From a virus, in the IMG/VR virus record IMGVR_UViG_3300017971_007887, positions 7,523 through 71,522 of that record: 64,000 nt of DNA; one strand, written 5' to 3'. Below are positions 55,449-64,000 of this stretch, piece after piece. Below the pieces are notes generated by a model. That model made no database searches, was not told where the DNA came from, and worked only from the letters and a program-made list of their open reading frames with translations. A program made the translations under genes and the position numbers. Numbering within the stretch: the first letter of the stretch is position 1; each line of letters opens with the position of its first letter.

Positions 55449-58400
55449 AGCACTTCCTCAAGCTTTATGGACTGCTCCCACATGGACCTGTGCCAATCCA
55501 CCGCGGTGGCGACCAGCACCTGGCTCTCAACCGAGTAGCAGAGTCGGCTCTGGTCCGCGCTACCCATGCGCCTGACAAGGATCGGCTCGTGAAACACATT
55601 GTCGCTGTCCTCCACCAGACCAGCGTCGTCGTCGATCCACACCATCGGGTGCACGCTCTGCCGCAGGAACCTCCACAGCTGGGACGGGTCGGTGATGCCC
55701 ATGCCCCTGTCGAAGTGACCAGTGTACTTGACGTTCACCACGCGCTTCTCCTGGCCCATCTCGTCCACTGACTGGACGCCCGAGCGGCCTGCCGTCACCT
55801 TGACGTTGGGGATGGTCGTGATGGTCGATTCCCACGCATCATCCTTGAGGTCGTAGGTGCGCCCGATCACCAGGCTGCCCAGTCGCAGCTGCGCCTCCGT
55901 GGGACTCGCGTACTGGGATGCGATAGTCAGGCGCAGGCGCTCGTACGACTGCATGGACGCGAACTCGAAGAAGAACCGGTCGGTGAAGATCACAAAGCTG
56001 TCGGTGGCGCCCGCGCCTGCGGTCTCCACGTCCTCCTCAAGGAACAGAGTATCCGTGTTGTTGCCCAGGATCCTGTACGTCCGGTTGGCCAGGGAGCCGG
56101 TGGTGAACCGGACGTAGTACTTCCGGTAATCATCCGACGCGAACTGCTCCGGGATCATGTCCTCGTAAGGGGACATGGTCATGGTAACTGCGTTCTGGTC
56201 GATACTGGTCACGCTGCGAAGGATCATGTAGGCCAGCTGGGTGCCACCATCGCTGTCGAACAGCGTAGACCAACCCCCGCCACCCGCATCCCCGCCCTCC
56301 AGCTTGCAGTGCAGCCAGTTCCTGCCGAACACCGCGAACGCGTTGAAGTTGTACTTCATGTCCGCACTGTTGATGTCCTCGCCCCGCTCCCACTCGAACA
56401 CCTGGGCGGAGCTAGGGGGGCTATCTTCAATCGGCTCCTGCCACCGGATGCTCGGGCTGTCCACGAACACATTATCCGCCTCGTAATGCGCGCCGGTGCG
56501 CAGGTCCCAGTCGTCGTTCAGCCTGGCGAATTCCCCCTCCCACTTGCACCCGAAGCCCTGCATGATGCCCACCGGATTGAAGTGGCACTTGCGCCCCCGC
56601 AGATCCTCGTCGAAGTCCCAGTCGATGTCTACACACCCCTCTCCGTAGGCAAACGACCTCCAGTCGCTGGCCGCCGCGCCGGCCGCAACGTACATTCCCC
56701 ACCTGACCTCGTCGTTGTCTGCCGCGTACGCGTCCTCCTGGAGCGCATCGTAGGTCAGCACCAACTCCATGTGGGCAATCTCCCGGTAGTCCCCGGACGG
56801 CGCGCGGTACACCCTGACCTGGTTCTCGAACGCCAGAACCACGTAGTAGTTCCAATCGGTGGTTGCCCAGTTGGTTGGTGTGAACGTGTCCACCGTGCTG
56901 GCCCCGTTGACATCGTACAACCCAAGGCCGGTGGTGCTGACGGTCACGTAGAACTCCACGTCCTTGTTGGACGGCCCAGAACACAGGATCACCTTGACCC
57001 GGCCGGCGTTGGAGGAGCTGGTGACCGCCTTCACTTCGAACGAACACATCATCCCCGTGTCGTACGAGTCGTTGGCCAGCGCCCGGTTGTAGTTCAGATT
57101 ATCGCCGACGCCGCCCGCGGTGATCGCCAGCTCTCCGAACTCGCCATCAAAGGCCAATGCAGCCGCGCCCGCGCCCGCCTGCACTCGAGTCCATATGTTC
57201 AGGTTAGGGTCAGGGTCGGTAGTGGACGGGTATGCATGTGCGGTCCAGATGCGCAGCCACAGGTCCAGAGTCGGGTACATCTGGATACCAGTCCACATGG
57301 ACGCCCGGTGGATCATGATTTTGTAATAGTCGCTGACCCCGTGGGTGTCATGGTACAGCACCGCCACGTCTATGAAGCAGCTGTCGTGGAACTCACGGGC
57401 GCATACACCAGAGCTGTCGCAGCCGTCCGAGTCAGCGCAGCCGAAGTTGAAATTGTTTTTGCCATCCCAGCCGCTCACCTTTGGGTTGTCCTCGGTCTCC
57501 TGGTAGACGTGGAACACCTCGAACGGCGACACCCCGGCGGCGTCCTCGATGCTGTACATGTGCCATGTACCGTCGTACTCTTGCATGATGGTGCAGTTGG
57601 CGTCGCACACCTGCCCGGTGTTCGTGCTGGTGGTCGCCCAGTTCCAGCCGTCCCGGCTCTCGTCCACGTACACCAGGGCATTGGTCCTGAACGCAATGTA
57701 CAGCATACCGTCCTGGCCCCTGCATAGGTCCATGTTCGGCTGGGTCGCGGGCGCCGCGCTGTAGATCGTGGAGCCGGAGGAAGACCACGTGTATCCCCCG
57801 TCGTCAGACACCCTGGAGAACACGTCAGTGGTCCCTCCACCCCCGTTACTGCGGCCGTAGCACACCACCAGGCGCGAGCCGATCCTGTCGATCGCACACG
57901 ACCACGTGTCCGATGACAGACCCGTTATGTTGGCGATGGCCGTCCAGTTGGAACCCTGATCGAACGACTTGAAGAAGTGCAGCTGGTCATCGTCGCTGAT
58001 CACCACCACGATGGACCCGTCGTCCAGTTCCACCGCATCCACACTAGGCACGTTGGTGGCGGTGATCGCAAGGTCGGACTGCAGGCTGTTGTCCCTCCAC
58101 TGGTAACACATATCCCCACTGCCCAGCTGGTCGTGATCCTGGTACACCCTCATCTCCCAGGTGTGCACCTGGACCGAGGTGCCGCTCTGCCTCACCGCAA
58201 ACAACATCCCCTCCACCCCGTAGTTGGTTCCCCTGTCCTGCCACTTCCGCAGCCTGATCATCTTGGGCGAGTAGTAAGGGGTGGTGTTGTCCACCGCCAG
58301 AAGGCTCTGGTTGTATACAGGAATGTTGGCCCACTCCGCGCCCATGCGGTTGTACTCGTCGCAGATCTCGTCGTCGTCCTCGTCCTCCAGGAACTCTAGT

Positions 58401-58633
58401 AGCAGGGAGAATCGGGCGCCCTCATCCGGGTACTGATTGCGGTAGTTGCCGGCCTCCTCCACCTCCGCGTTCATGGCCTGCCGGCTGCGCACCCGATCGC
58501 CCACCCCGTAGAACCCGGTGGGCCCGAAGTTACCGCTGTTCGGCTCCGCGATCTTCAGCACGTGTTGGTCTCCCACCGGCTGGATCTCCAGCTGGTCGGC
58601 CAGCACCACCCTGTCGGCCAGTATCCTTCTCAT
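55445..58633 (-). CDS. large tail protein with Asp-box (BNR) propeller
   Basis: KSFDQGSNW, VSDDGGYTW, ESRDGWNW; C-terminus LRLGSLVIGR...GRSG resembles distal-tail proteins. Confidence 0.65.
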   Translation of the reverse strand: MRRILADRVVLADQLEIQPVGDQHVLKIAEPNSGNFGPTGFYGVGDRVRSRQAMNAEVEEAGNYRNQYPDEGARFSLLLEFLEDEDDDEICDEYNRMGAEWANIPVYNQSLLAVDNTTPYYSPKMIRLRKWQDRGTNYGVEGMLFAVRQSGTSVQVHTWEMRVYQDHDQLGSGDMCYQWRDNSLQSDLAITATNVPSVDAVELDDGSIVVVISDDDQLHFFKSFDQGSNWTAIANITGLSSDTWSCAIDRIGSRLVVCYGRSNGGGGTTDVFSRVSDDGGYTWSSSGSTIYSAAPATQPNMDLCRGQDGMLYIAFRTNALVYVDESRDGWNWATTSTNTGQVCDANCTIMQEYDGTWHMYSIEDAAGVSPFEVFHVYQETEDNPKVSGWDGKNNFNFGCADSDGCDSSGVCAREFHDSCFIDVAVLYHDTHGVSDYYKIMIHRASMWTGIQMYPTLDLWLRIWTAHAYPSTTDPDPNLNIWTRVQAGAGAAALAFDGEFGELAITAGGVGDNLNYNRALANDSYDTGMMCSFEVKAVTSSSNAGRVKVILCSGPSNKDVEFYVTVSTTGLGLYDVNGASTVDTFTPTNWATTDWNYYVVLAFENQVRVYRAPSGDYREIAHMELVLTYDALQEDAYAADNDEVRWGMYVAAGAAASDWRSFAYGEGCVDIDWDFDEDLRGRKCHFNPVGIMQGFGCKWEGEFARLNDDWDLRTGAHYEADNVFVDSPSIRWQEPIEDSPPSSAQVFEWERGEDINSADMKYNFNAFAVFGRNWLHCKLEGGDAGGGGWSTLFDSDGGTQLAYMILRSVTSIDQNAVTMTMSPYEDMIPEQFASDDYRKYYVRFTTGSLANRTYRILGNNTDTLFLEEDVETAGAGATDSFVIFTDRFFFEFASMQSYERLRLTIASQYASPTEAQLRLGSLVIGRTYDLKDDAWESTITTIPNVKVTAGRSGVQSVDEMGQEKRVVNVKYTGHFDRGMGITDPSQLWRFLRQSVHPMVWIDDDAGLVEDSDNVFHEPILVRRMGSADQSRLCYSVESQVLVATAVDWHRSMWEQSIKLEEVL

Positions 58634-61380
58634 CTCGCGTACTCCAGCCCGGTGACATTGCCACCTTGGATAATCTGGTTCATGCGCCCGGTCCCCTTCC
58701 GGATGCTGTTGGACTGCATGCCGTCGACCACCTTCTCCGTGTCCTCCGACATCATGTGGTCGATGCGCAGGTTGTTGATTATCGTGTTGCCTCCGATTCC
58801 CTGACCACGATTAATCGCGTCGATCCCAGCCCTTCCACCTAGCGCCGACATGACCTCCTTGCGGATCACACCCTCCCCGGCCTCCAGTATGGTCGGCACC
58901 TCGTTGGCACCCAGACGTGGCTGCACGAACATGCCGGTGTGAGCCCTCAGGGCGTTACTGAAGTCAGCAAACCCCTTGGACATGCCACCCATCTGTTCCA
59001 CAAACCCACCACCGTGGAACAGGGAAGCAATGAAACCTCCCACTGCCCCGATGCCAGCGCCGAGTGCGGTTCCCACACCAGGAATCACAGATCCGATGGC
59101 AGCACCGAGCCCTGCACCCGTCAGGGTCCCACCGATCATTCCGCCGCCCGTGCCGCCAATCCCAAACGACAGTACCTCACTCAGGGCCTGGTACACCGAC
59201 TTGGCGATGGCATGCACGATCAGCGGGATGTTCTTGATGATGGCCGATATGATCTTGGGCAGGTTGGTGATGAACGAGTCTATGATCTTGGGGATGCCCT
59301 CCTCCGCCAGGTAGATCAGCGCGTCATCCAGGTTGTCCGCGAGACTCTCCCAGAACTCCACCGCCCCGTCCACCAGGCCCTGGACCGCCTCCTTGCCGTC
59401 CGCCAGGGCGGACACCAGGGTCCCAGCCCAGTTGAACAGCATGGCCCCGGCCTTCTCCATGAACCCGGTGGCCACCTTGGACAGGAAACCCTTGTCCTCC
59501 TCCCCGGGCTTCACCTCAAACTCCGCGTACCGTCTCTTCTCCTCTTCAGTCTCCAACTCGGCCCCGCCTACCTTGGCGCCCAGCGCCTTCAGCAGCGACG
59601 CAGTCCTGCCGGTGGTCTGGAACTTGAACATGTCGGGCATCTTCCGCTTTATGCTCTCGAACACCTCGTCCCACTTCTTCTCGAACTCGGTGAACCACTG
59701 GCTGATGCCGGACATCATGGAGACAGCGGACTCCTTGGCGACCTTGTCGGCCGCCTCGGCCTGGCGCTTGTAGAACTCGTCGACCGCACTGCCCATCATG
59801 TCCAGTGAGTCCATAAACAGCGCCTGGCGCTTGCGAAGCTCCCTTTCGTAGTCCTTGGTCCGCTTCGTGCCCGTCTTCGTGCCCGTCTTCGTGCCTGGCT
59901 TTCCCTTCTTGGCAGGCTCTCCCTCGACTGGTCCTGTCACCATAGCAAGACCAGTGCCGATCCCCTCGGCGGTGGACTCCGCCATGGCCTTCTTCCATGT
60001 CTGGAAGAACACGCCCGTCTTGGACTGCTTGTACGCCTCGCCTTCCATGGTGGTCACCACACGGGCAATCACCTCGCTCCCGAGGTGGGAGCTCTCCTTG
60101 GCCAGCTGGTACAGCTTACCGAAACCCTCCACCGCGAATGCAATGGCCTTTAGAACGAACCCGGCCGCCTTGGCGATGGCCATGAATCCGCCGACGATCT
60201 CCTTCTGGTTGTTCTTCACGTAATCGCCGAAGTCCTGTAGAGCGTCAAGCACGTGGGGCATCACCTGCTCGCCGATCTCAATCAACAGGACGTTCAGTTT
60301 GTTCCAGAACATCTTGGTCTGCTCGTCGAAAGTCGCGGCCATCTTCTGGTACGCAACCTCCGTCGCGCCAGTGGCCACCTGCATCTCCTCCAAAGAGGAG
60401 CGGAACTTGTCGATCCCGCTGCTAGCCAGAACGGACAGGCCGGTGATGGCTTCCTGCTCGATGCCCAACTTCTGCAGCGCGATGGTGTCCCCCTGGGTGA
60501 CCTCGTTCAGCTTCTCCAGAACCCCCACCAGACCGTCCCGCTTCAGGATGTCGCTGGCTGCTTCCCCGAACGCCGCATCCAACTCCTTGCTGCCCTTGGC
60601 CGCAACCCTCATGATCGCATTCAGGGACGTGAACGCCCGGGCTGATGGGACACCACCAGCGGTCATGGCGGCCATCGCAGCATTGACCTCTTGGAACGTC
60701 ACGCCGGCACCGGCGGCCGCGGAGGCCACTGTGCCCATACCCGCCGCCAGGTCGTTGAAGGTCAGCTTCCCGAGCTTGACAGACTTGAACAAGATGTCGC
60801 TGAAGTGAGTGGCCTGATCCGCCCCCTGTTGATAGGCGTTCAGGGAGGTGGTAAGCAGGTCCACCGCGCTGAACACGTCGCTCACGCCCGCCACACTGGC
60901 CTTCTGGGCGGCCTCCAGGAGCTTCATGGCACCGGCCGCGTCCTCGGTTCCCTTGGTACCGGCGGAGATGACCTGGTACAGGCCCTTGCTTAGCTCGTTG
61001 GCGGCCGAGCTGCTGCGGCTGGCCAGATCCTTGATGGCCTTGTCGAACTTCTTCATCTGGGCGGGCGCATCCTTGCCCAACAGGGTGCTCACCTCGGCCA
61101 TGCTCTTCTGGAACTCGTTGGCAGCCTTCACCCCCTTGTACATGACACCCACGAAGCCGGCGGTACCCATGAGGGCACCCCACTTCTTGGCAAATCCCAA
61201 GATGGCCTTGTCCGCGCGCTTGAACGCACCCCTGATCTTGGCGACCGTCTTGTTGCCAGCCTTCCCGGTCTCCTTGAGCTGATTCTCCGTGTCCTCCAAA
61301 TTCTTTATCAGGTCGCTGAACACCTTGTCGGTGTTCCCCTTCAGGGCCTTCATCTGGAGTATGAGATCAGCCTTGGCCAT
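58630..61380 (-). CDS. tape measure protein (TP901-type)
   Basis: FQKSMAEVSTL, GLYQVISAG, DILFKSVKLGKLTF.DLA; C-terminal FHGGG, HTG..EVPTILEAGEGV. Confidence 0.93.
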   Translation of the reverse strand: MAKADLILQMKALKGNTDKVFSDLIKNLEDTENQLKETGKAGNKTVAKIRGAFKRADKAILGFAKKWGALMGTAGFVGVMYKGVKAANEFQKSMAEVSTLLGKDAPAQMKKFDKAIKDLASRSSSAANELSKGLYQVISAGTKGTEDAAGAMKLLEAAQKASVAGVSDVFSAVDLLTTSLNAYQQGADQATHFSDILFKSVKLGKLTFNDLAAGMGTVASAAAGAGVTFQEVNAAMAAMTAGGVPSARAFTSLNAIMRVAAKGSKELDAAFGEAASDILKRDGLVGVLEKLNEVTQGDTIALQKLGIEQEAITGLSVLASSGIDKFRSSLEEMQVATGATEVAYQKMAATFDEQTKMFWNKLNVLLIEIGEQVMPHVLDALQDFGDYVKNNQKEIVGGFMAIAKAAGFVLKAIAFAVEGFGKLYQLAKESSHLGSEVIARVVTTMEGEAYKQSKTGVFFQTWKKAMAESTAEGIGTGLAMVTGPVEGEPAKKGKPGTKTGTKTGTKRTKDYERELRKRQALFMDSLDMMGSAVDEFYKRQAEAADKVAKESAVSMMSGISQWFTEFEKKWDEVFESIKRKMPDMFKFQTTGRTASLLKALGAKVGGAELETEEEKRRYAEFEVKPGEEDKGFLSKVATGFMEKAGAMLFNWAGTLVSALADGKEAVQGLVDGAVEFWESLADNLDDALIYLAEEGIPKIIDSFITNLPKIISAIIKNIPLIVHAIAKSVYQALSEVLSFGIGGTGGGMIGGTLTGAGLGAAIGSVIPGVGTALGAGIGAVGGFIASLFHGGGFVEQMGGMSKGFADFSNALRAHTGMFVQPRLGANEVPTILEAGEGVIRKEVMSALGGRAGIDAINRGQGIGGNTIINNLRIDHMMSEDTEKVVDGMQSNSIRKGTGRMNQIIQGGNVTGLEYAR

Positions 61381-61386
61381 CCTGAA

Positions 61387-61815
61387 CTACCTCCCGGGAA
61401 ACCTTCCCATGGCGAACGCCGACATCACCTGGCCCATGGGGGCGTCCATGCTCACTACTCTGTAGCCGGGCTTCGGCCTGAACCACGACGGCAACCCGGA
61501 GGCACCAGGGGTCGACTTTTCATGGGCCCCCTCGGCCCTCTGACCGGCAACCTGCGGTCCTGCAGTCGCGGCAGCTGTACCGGCCTTGCCCCCTCCCAGC
61601 GACCTGGCCACCAGGTTGAGGATCAGCGTCTTGTCCTTCATATACACGGCCACCGCGTGCATCAGTTGCCTCACCGTCATGTCGTTGGCAACGTCTTCCT
61701 CCGCCATGCCCCTGGTGTTAGCCACCAGAGTGATGGCATCCATCAGGGTGTAGCCGTCGCCTCCGCCCCCGTCGCCGCCTGCTGCCCCTGCGACACGAGG
61801 GCCATGTATTTTTTT
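61387..61815 (-). CDS. tail assembly chaperone GT extension (-1 frame)
   Basis: Open -1 frame from the slippery site to just before the TMP; EDVANDMTVRQL. Confidence 0.75.
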   Translation of the reverse strand, partial: KKIHGPRVAGAAGGDGGGGDGYTLMDAITLVANTRGMAEEDVANDMTVRQLMHAVAVYMKDKTLILNLVARSLGGGKAGTAAATAGPQVAGQRAEGAHEKSTPGASGLPSWFRPKPGYRVVSMDAPMGQVMSAFAMGRFPGR

Positions 61816-62336
61816 GCCAGCTCGCCGAACTGGTTGACCTCCAGGAAGGCCTCCATCATCACCGCCTCCTGGTGGACCGACAGGTTGTCCTGTATCCACT
61901 CGAATAGCTCGGGGCTATGCTTGAAGTGGTGCGCCGGATGGGGCACCACCTTATCGTCCTTGCCGCGATTCTCCGGAACGTCCAGCACCACGCAGGCCAG
62001 CAGGGTCAAATCTCCCTGCAAGAGCGCCAGGATCTTGTCCTGCAGCCTGGTCAGGATCGTGAAAATGTTCACGTCCTCCCCCACCGCCTCCTCCAGGCGC
62101 TTCTCCAGATCCTCCCTGGCGATGTCCTTCCCTGCCAGCTCCTTGAGCACCTGACCCCGTCTCTGACCCGCATCCATCAGCGGTTGGAACAGCTGGGCCA
62201 GGTCCAGCCCGGCCCCCAGGATGCTGGCTACCGCGTCCCTCTTCGCGGCCGCCAGCTCCTTGACAACCATCTTCCTGTCGCCGACCTGAATCTCCACACG
62301 ATTCGGCGCCCATGCCTCGTACGTCTTGATCTCCAT
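61743..62336 (-). CDS. tail assembly chaperone G
   Basis: Between major tail and TMP; GCA AAA AAA TAC near its end. Confidence 0.8.
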   Translation of the reverse strand: MEIKTYEAWAPNRVEIQVGDRKMVVKELAAAKRDAVASILGAGLDLAQLFQPLMDAGQRRGQVLKELAGKDIAREDLEKRLEEAVGEDVNIFTILTRLQDKILALLQGDLTLLACVVLDVPENRGKDDKVVPHPAHHFKHSPELFEWIQDNLSVHQEAVMMEAFLEVNQFGELAKKYMALVSQGQQAATGAEATATP

Positions 62337-62355
62337 TTGCCTGGCCTCTCTCCTG

Positions 62356-62370
62356 TTAAACACTGTTTAA
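62356..62370. promoter_or_regulatory. palindrome copy 6
   Basis: TTAAACACTGTTTAA; upstream of the tail chaperone. Confidence 0.8.
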
Positions 62371-62406
62371 AAAGGGCGGCGGCCGGTTGCGAGCCAGGCC
62401 GCCGCG
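62367..62406 (-). terminator. terminator after the major tail gene
   Basis: GCGGCGGCC..GGCCGCCGC-CC-UUUUU. Confidence 0.6.
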
Positions 62407-62437
62407 GTTGCCCGGTGGCTCCTCCGGGATGTCGCTC

Positions 62438-62983
62438 TTATGCGGGTGCTGGCGACCAGATGTACCCCAGCGGGTTGGTGGCGTCGCCACCGTAGTCCCC
62501 GTCGGTGTCATCGATCCCGGTCGCCTCGAACGGGCTGCCCTGCGCCTCGGTACCTCCCCCCAACTGGAACAGCGACGTGGTCATGCACTTCCAGATGCAG
62601 AACTCGATCGCAACGTTGTCGGAGCAGCGATGTCTGCGGCCCCTCAAGGTGTAGAAGTAATTCGTGCCCATCGCTCCGATGTACACGTAGCTGTCCGTGT
62701 TGGCCAGGGTCTGCCCGACCAGAAGGCTGACGTTCCGGCGGTGGATTTCCTCCAACACACCGCTGAACTTCATACCTGTCCGGATCGGGCAGATGTGGTC
62801 GACCTTCTTGGGCAGACTGGTGTCCTCGTGCATGTAGTACTCGCGCGAGACCTCCAGCACGCCCTCGGGGCAGTTCCCAAGCTGGTAGTTCACACCGCCG
62901 GCGCGGGCGACAATCTCACTCCATTCGCCGACAAGGTACGAGCCCTCGTCGATCCCGCCCTGCTTGGTGAATCCATTCCACAT
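62438..62983 (-). CDS. major tail (tube) protein
   Basis: 181 aa, beta-rich (QLGNCPEGVLEV, MKFSGVLEEI..NVSL); upstream of the chaperones. Confidence 0.7.
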   Translation of the reverse strand: MWNGFTKQGGIDEGSYLVGEWSEIVARAGGVNYQLGNCPEGVLEVSREYYMHEDTSLPKKVDHICPIRTGMKFSGVLEEIHRRNVSLLVGQTLANTDSYVYIGAMGTNYFYTLRGRRHRCSDNVAIEFCIWKCMTTSLFQLGGGTEAQGSPFEATGIDDTDGDYGGDATNPLGYIWSPAPA

Positions 62984-63000
62984 GTTGGTGCCTCCTCCTC

Positions 63001-63510
63001 TTAGTCGTAGTAGGAGAACGCCCTGCTAGCGTCCTCCAGCATGCGGAGCCTGTAGACCAGGCTCCTCCTGGCGACGCCGTCCTCGATCCCCAGGAACTGA
63101 TCGCCCTCTGGTTCTCGGAACGTCCCGTCGCTATTCTGGACCATCAGCTTCGCTCCCGATATCACGGTTGGACTTGCCGGAGTGGAGAAATCGTAAACCT
63201 GGATGCAGTTGGTGTGCATGGCGGCTATCAGCTTCTGCACCGTGTCACGTAAGGTGCTTAGCAGCCTGTCGCCACTCGGTTGTTTCCCACGAACGCGCGA
63301 GTACACGTCCAACTGCAGCATAGTCTCCCCTTTTCGGCCCGCTCCATACGACAGAAAAGTGATGTCAACCCACAGGTTCAAAGCGGACACGTCGAAGGTC
63401 TGGTCCTGATAGTTCACGTCGATAGAATGGGGCGTGGCGAAGTTGTCCTTGATGTGCTTCTGGATGGACAACTCGTGGTTGTTCGCCTTCCTGCGCTCTG
63501 GAATCGCCAT
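63001..63510 (-). CDS. tail terminator / completion protein (probable)
   Basis: Synteny and size; LQLDVYS. Confidence 0.5.
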   Translation of the reverse strand: MAIPERRKANNHELSIQKHIKDNFATPHSIDVNYQDQTFDVSALNLWVDITFLSYGAGRKGETMLQLDVYSRVRGKQPSGDRLLSTLRDTVQKLIAAMHTNCIQVYDFSTPASPTVISGAKLMVQNSDGTFREPEGDQFLGIEDGVARRSLVYRLRMLEDASRAFSYYD

Positions 63511-63511
63511 T

Positions 63512-64000
63512 CTACCCGCTCCATTCCTTCTCGATCTTCCGCTTCCACTTCATGTTCATCGCGTCCATTATCCTGGGCAACCGAGCCTTGGTCAGTCGAA
63601 TCATCCCGTACGGCTTGGTGCCCGGGTGGTCCACCCTCTTGGTAAACACCGTCTCACCGGTGCTAGAGGTGAACACCAGCACGCTGGACCCGGTCTTCCT
63701 GCCAATCCTGGCACCAGATCTGCCCTGCTTGCGGCCGAACACAACTCGGCCCGGCGTGATCACGTGGGCCCGGCTGCCGTACTCCAAGATATCCAGAACG
63801 GTGTACGGCCCGCTGCCGCCCTCACCCACCACAGCCCTCTTCTTGCGGCGGCCGGCGGAGTCGGTGGCGAACTTGTTGTACACCACGGTGGTCACAGGCA
63901 CCCGGTCCTTCCCGGAGCGCCCGATGGTCCTGGTGGTCCAGCCGTCTGCCAGGTGCTGGCCGGACTCCTTCTTGCCCTTGGATCTGGGGGTCAGCAGGGA
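63512..64000 (-). CDS. HK97 gp10-like tail/neck protein (start outside window)
   Basis: TP..GQHLADGW, LEYGSRAH, VDHPGTKP. Confidence 0.75.
   Translation of the reverse strand, partial: SLLTPRSKGKKESGQHLADGWTTRTIGRSGKDRVPVTTVVYNKFATDSAGRRKKRAVVGEGGSGPYTVLDILEYGSRAHVITPGRVVFGRKQGRSGARIGRKTGSSVLVFTSSTGETVFTKRVDHPGTKPYGMIRLTKARLPRIMDAMNMKWKRKIEKEWSG

Noticed and set aside
18-63645. Numerous long + strand ORFs (e.g. 1876-3486, 36373-37842, 56309-57727)
   Set aside because: Antisense shadows of GC-rich minus-strand genes; no recognisable motifs.
1-64000. Reverse transcriptase/DGR, integrase, transposase, rRNA, tail sheath
   Set aside because: No diagnostic motifs seen in this window; they could lie elsewhere in the genome.

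Overview
This 64-kb window is part of a GC-rich tailed dsDNA phage genome, probably with a long non-contractile tail. Essentially every real gene is on the minus strand; the many + strand ORFs are antisense shadows. In transcription order (high to low coordinates) it contains: tail genes (HK97-gp10-like, terminator, major tail, G/GT chaperones with a -1 frameshift, tape measure, two large tip proteins); a membrane/lysis cassette; a ~0.7-kb structured non-coding region; a presumed early region (ArdC, intein-containing UvrD, small ORFs); a full replication/recombination module (SF2 helicase, ori-like region, DnaC-like, DnaB, primase, family B polymerase, SSB, RecA, SbcCD, RuvC); NusG, HTH-NlpC/P60, GroES and RmlC; a ParB/radical SAM/DNA MTase cluster; TerS, TerL, a T4-type portal and a MuF-like protein. 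The most unusual signals are: (1) an unannotated 75-codon gene with an in-frame UGA at a Cys-like position followed by a SECIS-like hairpin, i.e. a candidate phage selenoprotein; (2) a covarying two-hairpin + extended Shine-Dalgarno leader repeated before eight early genes, plus an upstream structured RNA whose C-rich loop is complementary to that leader; (3) a shared N-terminal MARK(K/R)A(PKK) peptide on 8-11 unrelated, mostly DNA-acting proteins, encoded by different synonymous codons; (4) a protein apparently built from short portal/terminase/capsid/MuF-like motifs; (5) a 15-bp palindrome found six times. All product calls come from motif recognition by eye; no database search or folding program was run.
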